A stretch of 28,526 nucleotides of DNA from Anthoceros angustus (Eukaryota; Plantae; Anthocerotophyta): the NCBI GenBank assembly GCA_010909165.1, contig VJWM01000375.1, positions 1 to 28,526 of the forward strand. Direction: 5' to 3'. Both the position numbers and the translations under genes were made by a program. This document shows positions 9,721 through 20,322 of this stretch, piece after piece. Numbering within the stretch: position 1 is the first letter of the stretch; every line of letters begins with the position of its first letter. The notes under the pieces are model-generated. The model saw nothing but the letters and a program-made list of their open reading frames with translations. It was not told where the DNA came from and made no database searches.

Positions 9721-9948
9721 CCAATGCGGAGCGAGTCGAGCCAGCGCGGACGTCGGCCTCCCGGGCAGGTACTTTCCGCGTCCGCCCTTCGGGCCGGGAC
9801 GCGGTAGTGCGGCAGTTGGCCGGTGCGGCAGGCGGCGTAGACGGTGGACCGGCTGAGCGAGAAGCGGTCTTCCAGGTCGGACGGGAGAGCATCTCCGCGT
9901 GCGGGTGCGACTTCCTCTTTGCTCGATCTTGGCATCCGTGTCGGTCAT
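9608..9948 (-). CDS. excisionase-like HTH DNA-binding protein
   Basis: DLEDRFSLSRSTVYAACRTGQLPHYRVP...GRGKYL.READVRAWLDSLR, a MerR/HTH_17-type winged helix. Convergent with the integrase. Confidence 0.8.
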
Positions 9949-10526
9949 TCCCCGGCGTGTGGGTGAGTGGGGATTACCCGACGGCGTTCGAACTGCTCGG
10001 TGTGGTGGGAGATCGCATCACATTCAGCAACCGGCGAACGCGCACCCAGTCATGCACAATGCGAACCCCGTCGACCGTAGGCAACTCGTCCTGGGTCAAC
10101 GCATTCGCGAAGCGACCGCATGCTTCCGCCCACTCCTCGGCGGTCTGCCCGAGGGTGGCCGAGATGACCGGCACGAACTCCACGTACTGCTGATAGAGGC
10201 CGGGTACGGCACCCACACGCACTCGTCTTCGCACCGCAGCGGCGGGTCGTCCACCAGAAACACCAGCTCGTTCAACTCGGCGTCGGTGAGCGAACGCGGT
10301 TGCCCTCACCACGCACCCCTTTCCAGATATGGTCGGCGAGTGGCGCGGGCAGGAACGTCATGCCCGCCCCAGCCACGTCGGCATGTCCTGGGCGTGCCAG
10401 TCGTCGTAGCCGAGCTGCGGTAGGGCGTCGGGCGATCCCCAATTCGCGCAGATGCGGGCGGATCTGCCCCAGGACGTGGTCGCACAGGTCGACGTCGAAA
10501 TCGCCGAGTTCGTTCCTCACCATCAT
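9945..10526 (-). CDS. hypothetical protein, paralog A
   Basis: Joined frames: FDVDLCDHVLGQIRPHLR...PLADHIW...LTDAEL...DDPPLRCEDECVW..PGLYQQYV...LTQDELP...VHDW. Shares these motifs with 12047-12741. Confidence 0.7.
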
Positions 10527-10652
10527 TCCCCTTCAGGTTCGGTTCCCTCCACCCCTCACCCGTCCTGGTGAGTCATCAGCGGCGGAGGAGGGTTCAGTCG
10601 TAGCGTCACGTCCCGGCCGAGCCGAACGTTCGGCCCGGCTGGCAACAACCAC

Positions 10653-10687
10653 GCGTTCTCAGTTTCTCACTGAGAATCTGAGAACGC
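10653..10687. repeat. 35-bp near-perfect palindrome built of four TGAGAA units
   Basis: GCGTTCTCAGTTTCTCA-C-TGAGAATCTGAGAACGC: 17-bp arms with one mismatch, overlapping the ATPase stop codon. Confidence 0.8.
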
Positions 10688-11665
10688 CGGCACTTTCAGT
10701 TCGTCCAGCCGGCGGTACAGAGTCGGCTCGCTCTTGCCGGTCCGCTCCTTCCACAGGCGGAACCGCTCCTGCCGGTTCGCGATGACGGCCACCTCGCGGG
10801 CGACGGCCAGTTCCGCCTCCTTCTGCGTCGCCCGCTCGCCGAACGTCTTCACCTCTTCCAGGCTGATCGGCCGCTCCTTCAGGCGGGTGGACACCATGTC
10901 CCGCCAGTGGCACCCGCTCTGGCACTCCCGCCATTGCAGGTAGTCCTTGAAGGCGTTGATCAGCGTCCGCATGTCCATCGCCCGGTTCAGCCCGCGGGCC
11001 TGCTCGACCGGTGGTCGCACACCTCCCGGCACTCGGCCGGGTTCGCCTTCATCTCGCCCGCCCGGAACCCGTCGCCGGACACCTTCCGCATCAGGGCGAT
11101 CAACTCGTTGTCGCTGACGGCGAGTTGCATGTAGGCGATCCGGGTCTTTACCGCGTCCAGTTCGGGGATCTGCGGAACGGGCAGTTGGCGATCATGATGA
11201 TGCCTCGGTTAACACGGACTGGTGCTCCATCTTGTACGTCGTCCAGGTGACCAGCCGCTCCTGCGGCAGCCGCACGTCCTTCCCCTGGCCCCAAAGCGCT
11301 CCGCAGCACCCCCTGGCCGCGCTCTCGTTCAACAGTTGCTCCATGTCTTCCAGCAGGTGCACCGCGTCCGGGTAGGTCTCGCGTTGTACAGCCCGCGGCC
11401 GGTCATCCGGCTGTTGTACAGCAACGGCACCCGCCGGCGGTCCAGCTCCTGCACCACCGAGTAGCTCTTCCCGCACCCGCCGGGGCTGCAGGTAGAAGCC
11501 GGTGGTCAGCCCGTCGGCCACGCTGCCGGTGTAGTCGCGGACCATTGCAGCTTGGCTTCGAGCGTCGCCAGGTGCTTCTGGTCCGCCGCCGTCAGCGACC
11601 GCGGGCTGGTCCGCCGCTCGGTCGGCCGTGCCGACGGGCGATCCGTCCTTTCCATCCAAGGACAT
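10667..11665 (-). CDS. P-loop AAA-type ATPase with C-terminal HTH
   Basis: AGGAGGA RBS. Walker A region GFYL..PGG(C)GKSYSV, Walker B VHLLEDMEQL, sensor/Arg-finger-like GIIMIAN...LDAVKTR, and C-terminal TGKSEPTLYRRL. Confidence 0.8.
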
Positions 11666-12046
11666 GTCCGTCCTCCTCGTGTTTGGTGCGGCCCGCCCGG
11701 CTCAACTAACGGAGCGGTGCGACGGCCGCCACGAGCAGTTGGGAACCGGGACCGACCCGGCCTCTGCTCGCAGGCAGAAGAGTAACTGAGGGAGGGGAAC
11801 GCGAGCGTTCCCTCGTTCCCGGTTTTGGGAACAGTGGCGATGGGGTGAGTCAGGTAGAAGGGTTGTTACTCTTCGGTGGAATAGCGGGCGGGCGTTCTCC
11901 TGGCGAAGCCGTCGTACTCGCCCTCCCGTTCAAGCCAGCGGAGCACCTTTTCGCATCCGTTCTCCGCACCTGAGCCTCACCGATGACGGTTTCGACTTTC
12001 GCCGTCCGACCGTCCGGCATCGCTCGGATCACTCGCCTCAGTTCGT

Positions 12047-12741
12047 TCACGGGTCCATGAACCGTTCGCGAGAAAAGCCCATGTATTCGTCGACGACGGC
12101 GGCGGGCACGGGATTCGTGGGGTCGGAGGTGACCGATGGGTATGGGCAGCAAGCGGTTCTCACCCATCGCTGCCAGCAGGTGCCGAACCGCCCACAGCCA
12201 CTCGTGGACGGCGTCCATGCCGCGGGCCAAGGGCAGTTCGTCCTGGCACAGCCGGGCGGTGAAGGCCGCCGACTCGCTCGCCACACCTCGGCGGTAGCCT
12301 GGGACAGCTCACTGCGGATTTCAGGGAGGCACAGCACGTACTGCCGGTACAGGGCCGGGGTGGCACCACACGCACTCGTCCTCGCACCGCAGCGGCGGGT
12401 CGTCGAACAGGCCGGCGAGGAGGAGCAACTCCGCGTCGTTCAGGGGAGAACGGCGGGAGCATGTTCGCGTAGTGGCGGTCCACCAGCAGGGGCAACTCCG
12501 CGTCGTTCAGGGGCAAGCCGTGGCGTTGTAGTCCGCCTTGGCCCACAGGTGGTCAGCGAGGTCCGGGAGGGACGCCCCGGCCCAACCACTCCGGCAACGT
12601 CAGGCGGTGGAACCCGTCGTAGTCGAGTGCCGGCAGGGGCCGCCGGGGCCGTTCCGGGGGTTGGCGGAGGTGGGGCCGGACTTGCGCGAGGACGTGTTCA
12701 CACAAGTCGAGGTCGAATTCGTGCAGGCGTTCTCCGGCCAT
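12047..12741 (-). CDS. hypothetical protein, paralog B
   Basis: Joined frames: FDLDLCEHVLAQVRPHLR...LADHLW...PLNDAEL (twice)...DDPPLRCEDECVW..PGLYRQYV...LCQDELP...VHEW. Confidence 0.7.
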
Positions 12742-13592
12742 CGCTCACCCCTGTGTGTGATCTGCCCAACCCGAACGGGGTCGTTCTATGAGACCGTTGG
12801 CCGGGCGAGAGGCGGAACGCGCGATGCCTGTTGGGGCGGTACGGCTGTCGGCGGGTGTTGCTCGCGTGCAAGGTGCCTCGGCGGTCACAGCCGCCGCACC
12901 GCGGCACCGATAGAGAGCGAGGCTGCTCGCCGTGACCGGGACACCGCCCCTCCTCAAAAGCGCTTTACTTCTGAAGTGCCCACAGCCGCCCAGGCAGCGA
13001 TGTAAGAACACCGCTCCCTCGGAATGACGCATTCCGGCTTGGCCGGATCGACGGAGGGTTGTGATCACACCTCCCGTCACCGCCGATTCGCCTGGTCGGC
13101 AGCGGACGGCACCAGGGCTTCCCACACCGACCCCATCACCGCTGCTGTTCCGCTCGCGTCATCGAGGCTCCACTCGCTGACGGCGCGGCGTCGCGAACAC
13201 TCTTCGTTGCGGCCTGTCGCAGGGTTCGTCCCGGCGTGTCGAGTGCTCCATCGGTGCTGAGTTCCGTAGGTGGGAACCCTGGAACGTTCGCAATCCTGGG
13301 GCGTGGGGGTACAGTTCGGCGTACCGGGCGACGCACTGCCCGGAACAAGGTGCTCCGGCACCGGACGACCAGTGCGGTATGGCCCTCACCGGGAGGCTCA
13401 CCGAAAGATGGAAGGCGAGAGGAGGGCACCGGCGTGCGGAAGGGTGAACCGAGTGTGTGGTACGAAAATGCTCCCGCGATCGGTCGCCCTCGACGCGCTC
13501 CGGTTACGACCATCGGCCGGTCGGCCGGGGTGAACAAGATGGTGTCGACAGGTACAGGCGGTCAGCGACCGCCGCAGTCACAGGAGACGCTC

Positions 13593-14204
13593 ATGACCAC
13601 GACCACGAAGCGGAAACCGACGGCGAAGAGCGAGAGAAGGGCGGAGATGTCGAACGACGCCGAACTGGCGCGGATGGCCGAGCGAATCTCGGCCCATTAC
13701 AAGGGCTACAAGCAGCGGTCCGCAGTCGAACAGATGCAGGTCCACTTCGCCGCCGGGCAGGAGATGGACAGGCTGCCGAACATCATCTTCCGGGAGGATT
13801 GGCTCGACGGAAACCGCCGAGTTGGTTCCCGAACTGCCCGACCGCGAGCACGCCCGATGGCTACTCCGCCTGAGCGCTCTGGATCGGAAGAGCCGGGCGT
13901 TCATTCTCGAACAGACGGCGATCCCGATGAGCAACGGCACCTCACGCTCACCCACTGGGCGTGGGTGTTGGATCACCAGCCGAGGCCCAAAAGGGATTCG
14001 GGGTGGGATCCGAACTCCGCGAGGCTCAGCGGGAGTGGCAACTGCGGAACTCGACTGGCTCCGCCGAGGCGCGTCGGCGGCGGCCATCGAGCACATCGCA
14101 GGGGTGTTGAGGGATGCGGAGGTCCGACAGTATGAAAGTACGAGTCGGAGACGCGGAAGAAGCTGAAGAAGGTCGGGAAACTGATCGAGTCGATCTCGAT
14201 CTAG
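13593..14204 (+). CDS. hypothetical protein, putative DNA-binding (DUF1016-N/ParB-HTH-like segment)
   Basis: AGGAG RBS. MTTTTKRKPTAK...LTLTHWAWVLD...KRD...RKKLKKVGKLIESISI*. Followed by a cUUCGg hairpin (14231-14252). Confidence 0.6.
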
Positions 14205-14558
14205 TGGGCTTTCGGGTTGTGACGTCCCCAGAGCCGGGCTTCGGCCCGGCTCCCCGCCGTCACCCGCGGCGACCGGCTCGCCGCGAGAGGGTCGCTCGTT
14301 CGCGCCTTCCGTCCGTCCGATGAATCCTGCCTACGGCGGAAGCGACCGTCCTGGGGCGAGTCGAATCGAACGACTGGACACGACCGCCGGCCACACCCCG
14401 AACCACTCCCACCGCCTCAACGCCACACGGCGGACGACCGCCACTTCGGCCACGGCCCCTGAGTCCGCGACGAGCGGCCGTGACGGCGTGACCTCAAAGC
14501 GGAGATATCCGGCTGTCGGCCCCGCCGTTGACGCCGCACCGACGCGAATGAGGATGAC

Positions 14559-15495
14559 ATGACCGCCAGTAGCACCACGAACATCCGGCACATGCCCGCA
14601 CGCCGGTCGTTCTGCCGCCCTACGACCACTGGGAGGAGGCCACCGCATACGAACGCCGCGGGTGGTGCGTCCTCCCACTCCGCCCGAACGCCAAGAAGGC
14701 CCAAGTCCGGTGGAAGCCGTACCAGGAAGAACCCCGGCGTCCGAACAGGTCAGCGACTGGTGGAAGCGGTGGCCGGACGCCGGCATCGCCCTCGTCCTGG
14801 GGCCGGTGAGCGGCGTGCTGAGCGTCGACGTGGACGGGCCGGACGCACGCCGAACTGGTGCGGCGGCTCGGCGGCGAGCCGGTCGCCCCAAGATCCTCAC
14901 CGGCAGCGGCCTGCCGTGCCGCTACCAACTCCTGTTCCGACACCCCGCCGGCGTCGCCACGCGGTCGAAGATCACCCCCACCCGCAGTTGGAGTTCCGCG
15001 GAAGGGCGGGTTGAGCGTCCTGCCGCCGAGCGTGCACCCGTCCGGGCGGCGGTACAGGTGGGCGGTGGCCCAGTCGTCCGACGAGTTGGAAGTGCCGACG
15101 CTCCCGTCGAAGATCCTGGACGCGTTGCTCGCCGACGCCGGAGGGCGGGGCGACTATGCGGCAGGGACGGCGCGGCGGTGCCGGTGCTACAGCACCGGCT
15201 GGACGAGAGGCAGAGGCGATGGCGTTCATCGCCGGGCGGCTGACGGCGGTGCGGGCGGGGACAAGGCCACCTACACCGCCGCGTGCTGCTGGTCAAGGAC
15301 TTCGCCCTGTCGGTCGAACAGGCACTTCCGGTGTTGAAGACCTGGAACCGCACTAACTGCCGGCCGGCGTGGGCCGACGGCGAGTTGCTGCACAAGTTGC
15401 GGACGGCGGCCGGGTCGCCCGGCCCGCGGGGCGACTCCTCGACACGTCTCCGGGTCATCAGACAACGACCACCGACTCGCCGGGCGTGTCAATGA
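14559..15495 (+). CDS. bifunctional DNA primase/polymerase (Prim-Pol) with PriCT-type C-terminal domain
   Basis: GWCVLPL...WKPYQ...WWKRWPDAGIALVLGPVSGVLSVDVDG (DxD), TGSG, LEFRG.GGLSVLPPSVHPSGRRYRW; C-terminal WNRTNCRPAWADGELLHKL. Confidence 0.9.
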
Positions 15496-16854
15496 CGGGC
15501 GTCGGGTCGGGTCCGACCTTCCTCACGGCGGTGCCCGACTGGGTGGAGTCCATCTGGGGTGCCGCGGCCCCTGCGAGCCGGGCAAACGCCGGGGCCGCCC
15601 CAGAATCGCGAACGGGATCTTGCCTCTGTTGATGGCGAACGTGGTCCTGCAACGGGGTTCCGTCGTCCACCTCCCCGACGTGGCCCTCGCCCAGCTCGTC
15701 TGGGGCGGGGACCAGGCGTGGTGGCCCAGACGCTGGCGGGCGAAACTGGCCGAACGGCTCGGCCGGAAACCCTGAGCGACTGGTTCGTGGTCGACCCGCC
15801 CGACGCCCTGTCCGGGCGACTGTCCGGCGGCGGGCACCCGACACCGCCACGTGCGGTTCCGGCTGGTGAATGAGGACGCCCTGAACGACTTCATGCCGTT
15901 CGCCACCGACGGGTCAGCGACGAGCGGGTTCGTGTACGCCTTCAAGGGCCGACGGTCGCACGCCTCGGACCCCGAGGAGGCGAAGGCGAACACGAAGCGG
16001 ATCCGCCAGGCCGTCAGGCGCGGGGACTGGTGTGCCATCTACCTGCCGGTGTGGGTGTTCGGCCCGCGCGCCCTGCCGCCCGGCCTGCCGGGTGCTCAAG
16101 GCGGCGACCCGCGAGCTGACGCGGGAGCGGGGCCGCAACGCCCGCCGGCCCGACCACGCCGAACTGGTCGACGGCGCGATCACCCGCTGCTCGCCGACGG
16201 CTGGGCGTACGTCGGGTTCAACGGGAACGGCAGCCGGAAGGCCGCACTTCCACGGCCGCGGGTACTCAGTAGGGACGTGGATGAAGCGGGCCGGCTACCC
16301 GCACGACCCACGGCCCCGTCGTTCCGCGGGTCTGCGATGGGGTTCTTCACCGACCTGAAGGAGCTGGCGGACACGCTCGGCGTGGTGGCCGCGGTCCGCG
16401 TCCCCGGCCGCGGCGGGTGGCTGACCGCCGGCGAGGCGATGGGCGAGGTGGGGTGGTCGCGTCCAACCGTCTGGCCAAAAGTGTCTGGTCCGACTGTACG
16501 CCCCGGCGGATTATCCCGACGCGTGGCGGGCGTTTTCGCGTCGAGGCTGTCACTCGGCGGCATCCCGAGTGGCGAGACGGATGAGTCGGAGACGGAATGG
16601 GAACGGTTGCGACCTCCGAACACCTCGCCCGCTGGATGAAAGAGAGTGGGCTGGACGACTCCGCCCTCGCCGGCGAACTCGGCGTGTGCCGCACCGGTGT
16701 GCAAGTTCCGAACGGGCGCGAATCCTCGCGACGGTTCCTGAAAAGCTGGCCCGCTTTCGTCGCAACGCGGGGGTGTGACAAAACGGTCCCGAAACCCGGT
16801 CGGTGTGACAGAAAGTGTCCCGAAACGCGGCCGGGTGTGACAAAAGTGTCCTGA
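15492..16854 (+). CDS. large hypothetical protein with C-terminal XRE-like HTH; candidate replication initiator
   Basis: ATGA overlap with the primase stop. Joined frames include IYLPVWVFGP, RELTR, CPLL...YVGFNGNG...GRGY, LYAPADY and LARWMKESGLDDSALAGELGVCRT. Confidence 0.7.
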
Positions 16855-16857
16855 AAC
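16772..16857 (+). repeat. three tandem iteron-like repeats
   Basis: GGTGTGACAAAACGGTCCCGAAAC (16772), GGTGTGACAGAAAGTGTCCCGAAAC (16802) and GGTGTGACAAAAGTGTCCTGAAAC (16834); period 30-32 bp. Confidence 0.85.
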
Positions 16858-17381
16858 GAATTCGGCCACGGTCGCGAACGCCTGAGATTCCAGGCAGTTG
16901 CGCGACACCGTCCCCTACGTAGTACAAACGTAATACACCTCCGCCGGGGACGGCTCCTGGCGTCGCCGCCCCGGCTGCGAAAGAAGAAACACAAGGAGGT
17001 GGCGATGGAAAACCACCCGCGCCGATGCGAGCGGCGGGTGGAACGGGCGTCGCGAGCTGCGACCGCGACATCACCGACGGCATTCCGTCACGGCGAACAG
17101 AAATCATCCCGACGCCGACCGACTTCTCCGCCCGAACACGACCCGCGGTCGAATCCGTTCGTCGATCTGGACCGCCGGTGGTGGACGGGTGTGTGAGGCA
17201 TCGACAGTGCGAACCAAAGCGCATTTTGAATCTGCCAACCGCTAGTCGAGAGATTTCCGAGGACGAGGCGACGGGTCGGTAAAGTTCGTCGGCGACGGCA
17301 TCGCCCTCCCGACGTGGCAAGCGGCGTGCATCAACGGCGGCGAAGTGCTCGGCAACTCCTGTGAGCATGCCGATTCGCCGA

Positions 17382-17701
17382 AAATACCTGCGGCTTTCGT
17401 GCAGTACAGGCGAACCCCTGGCCCTGCCACAGCCCGAAGTGCGAGAAACCGGCCAAACCCACACCGCGAAACCGCGGAAATAGGTTAAGTACTTAACCTA
17501 ATAAACAGAGTTACTCCTTGTTTCCCTTTTGGGAAACGCAAGCGCGAGTTTATTAGGCCGATGCCTTCGCGCGCCGATCAAACTACTCACCGCCGCGCAT
17601 TTCGCGGCCGACCATTTACACCGACTGCATCGTGCTGACGACCCGACATAGCCAACCGTGGGTAAGGATTCAAAAGCGGTTTTGAACCGTCCCGCGACGT
17701 T
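17382..17701 (+). repeat. ~310-bp palindrome-rich non-coding element, copy 1
   Basis: Aligns by eye end to end with 20323-20630. Contains TAGGTTAAGTACTTAACCTA, CCTAATAAAC...GTTTATTAGG and TTCAAAAGCGGTTTTGAA. Confidence 0.9.
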
Positions 17702-17806
17702 ACGCACGCAGCCTGTGCAGTTCACCAGCGATGTCGAGCGCACGCAACTTGGTCACCGATCCGAGTCCCGAACGCACAATTTGCGTCACGACCCTGCTGT
17801 CAGAAT

Positions 17807-18354
17807 GGACGCACCGCCGATCGGGACATGGGATGCTGACGGCGATCGTCTGAAGAGGCGGATGTCCGCCCGCTACACCCACCAGGACAAGCTGGTCCTG
17901 CTCCGCGAGGAGGCGGCTCGACCTCAGCGTGGACACGGTGCGGAAGGCGTGGAGGTGTCGAGACGGTACTCCGCCAGGACATCGACCGGCTGGCCGACTC
18001 GGTCGTCGAGCACGGGCGGTGTTCGGCCGACCCATCTGGTTCGGCTACTGGCGGTGCCGGACAACACCCGCCGGGACAGACTCGCCCTCACCGCGATCGA
18101 GGAGCGGTGGGGGTGCGGAAGGTGGAGCGGGCCGTGCAGGGGCGAACCGCGGGCGGCGGCCGGGGTGGGGCGAAAGCCGGCGGTGCCGATGCCCGCCGCC
18201 GAGTTCCCATGGACGCCCTGTGCGACAAGTGGGAGCGGTGGTGCGCGGCCGCGAAAGCAATCCCCGACGGGCTGAGCGGGCCGGTTGAACAGGTGACGGC
18301 GGCGGTGGGAAGGTCCGCCGGCAGATCGCACGGCAACAAGCTGACAACGGGTAG
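17807..18354 (+). CDS. hypothetical protein with DUF1016-N/ParB-HTH-like segment
   Basis: Joined frames: LREEAARL..SVDTVRKAW...PTHLVRLLAVPDNTRRDRLALTAIEERWGVRKVERAVQ...DALCDKWERWC. Resembles the SHY..LL.V.D...R...W.VR.LER motif. Confidence 0.6.
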
Positions 18355-18515
18355 GGGTCACCGCCGGTGGGACTCTCCGCCCCGTTCGCTGCCCTGCCCG
18401 TCTCGTCGCCCGATGCCGAGGGCGCTCAAGAAGCCGTCTCCGACGCCACCCTGCTGGAAGGGTGGCGGTAGGATGGTCACGCCGGACGACCGGCGGGGCC
18501 GACGCCGGCGGGGCC

Positions 18516-19636
18516 TCACTTCCGCCGGCCGCCTGCTTCAGCCGCCTCGTAGGTGGCCGTCCGCTTGCCCTCGGCCGCCGCCTTCGCCGCCGCCTGCTGG
18601 TATTTCACGTCCTCCCGCTCACCGCCCCTTCTCGTACAGGAAGAAGCAGTTCGACCAGAAGTACGTCACCTCCTCGAACGGCCCCGGTCCCGGCGTACCT
18701 GTGGGCCATCTTCACCCACTGCTCGTCCAGTTTCTCGAACTCGGCCGACCTGATCCCGGCCCCGGCTTCGGGGTCACCCCTTCGGCCGCCTCCACCGCCG
18801 GCCGCCACGTCTCCTCGATGTACACCCGCTTGCCCGCCTTCCTCGCCTCCTCCGCCAGCCCCTTGTCCCCGTTCAGCGACTTGCCGTACACGTCCAGAGT
18901 GATCGTGTCGATCTCGTTCAGGCCGAACATCGCTTCAATCACCTTGCGGTCCTGGCCCAGCCCGCCCACCCCGACGCGGACCTTGGCTTCCTTCCGCACC
19001 GCCTCGGCGGTGGCGGCGGCGAACCCCGCCCACTCCGCCGGGGTGCCCTTGATGCCCAGATGCCGGGCCATGGTGGACGGCTCGTGCAGCACCACGAACG
19101 TGTCCGGGTCGAGGTCGGCGACCATCTTCGGAAGGCCGCCACGCACGCCTTCTGGTAGTCGGCCAGCGTCTTGGCCGGGCTGTCCCTGGTTGAGCGGGTT
19201 GACCGCCAGCCCCATCTTCTTCTCCGCACCCGCGCGCCACCCGCTTGTACGCCTTCACCGCCTCGGCGTCACCGGCCCCGGCCCAGAACGCCACCGACGG
19301 GTTCACGTCGACCCGCTTCACCCCGCCTCGGCGGGCGTCCACCGCCGCCAGCAGGTGCTCCACCGGGATGTGCTTGACGAACGCGCCCTGGGCGAAGATG
19401 AGGTTGACCCCGACACCGACCGGGTGGGATTTCAGCTTGGCCAGGCAGCCTCTTCCCTCCACTGCCGCCAACATCTCCTGCTCGTACAGGTGGGTGGGCG
19501 AGTGATCGCCGCCGGTCGGCTCGTGGCGGTTCTGTTCGGACGGGGTCGGCTTGTGCGGGCGGACGGGCGGTTGGAGCACAACGGGAACCAGGGTCAGAAC
19601 GACGGCCACACAGGGCACGAACGGAACGGGTTTCAC
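18516..19636 (-). CDS. secreted TIM-barrel glycoside hydrolase-like protein (clan GH-A-like)
   Basis: GGAGG RBS with GTG start and a hydrophobic leader (VPCVAVVLTLVPVVL). FVVLHEP (acid/base-like), ITLDVY, VYIEETW (nucleophile-like) and YFWS. Confidence 0.65.
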
Positions 19637-19734
19637 GAGATGCGCCTCCGGGGTGACGGGTGGAAGGTTCGATGCCGGTTGAACACACGGCCGCCGGCCC
19701 ATTACACAACGCGGCTGGAAATTCCTCCCGCACC

Positions 19735-20010
19735 TCACCCGCGACGCCGTCGAAGGGCGGTGGGGTTGCGGCGGTTGGAGCGGAGCGTGCAAGCGGCGAA
19801 CGGCACGCGGCGGAAGAATGGGCCGGCACACCGTCAGCCGGAGAGCCTCTGTGCTCTGGACGCCCTGTGCGACAAGTGGGAGCGGTGGTGCGACGGCCGC
19901 GGCGGAGAAGATCCCCGCGGGCTGAAGGCCATTATGGACCGGGCGACCGATGCCGTCGGCGAGGTTCGCCGGCGGATCGCTTACCTACAGTCGGACGAGG
20001 GCGTATGGGT
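19735..20010 (+). pseudogene. 3' fragment of a paralog of 17807-18354
   Basis: LTRDAVEGRWGLRRLERSVQ...LDALCDKWERWC...AVGEVRRRIA. Shares TGGACGCCCTGTGCGACAAGTGGGAGCGGTGGTGCG with the full copy. 5' half absent. Confidence 0.75.
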
Positions 20011-20011
20011 G

Positions 20012-20175
20012 TTAGCCGCCAGCCGGCACGAAGATAGTTAGCCGCCTCTTCGGCCGCACCCTTTGGCCTTCTTATTCGCCAGCAGGCGGAAGGTGCGGAC
20101 GGCGTCGGCCAGTCTCTTCTGGGCAATTGACAGCACCTTCTCGCGTGCCGCCCGCACCGTGCCGGGGCGCCCGGA
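20012..20175 (-). pseudogene. 3' fragment of a paralog of 23162-23697
   Basis: VRAAREKVLSIAQKRLADAVRTFRLLANKKAKG versus VRAAGKTLSVAQKRLADAVRTFRLLAKKKARG in the full copy. Confidence 0.8.
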
Positions 20176-20322
20176 TGTCGTCATCGCACCGGAGCCGACT
20201 CACGGGCGAACTGGAAGACGTTGATGGCCGGAATCGTCTCGGCGGCACGGATGCCGCACGGGAACGACGCCGTTGGTGAAGCAGGGCACGGCGACAACCA
20301 ACTTGTCGGCCTCTATACCCTC

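Noticed and set aside
16772-16857. Mini CRISPR array
   Set aside because: Spacers are only 6-7 bp and similar to each other, and there are no cas genes.
18107-20041. 644-aa plus-strand ORF
   Set aside because: Mostly the antisense shadow of the glycoside hydrolase gene, linking two separate paralog fragments.
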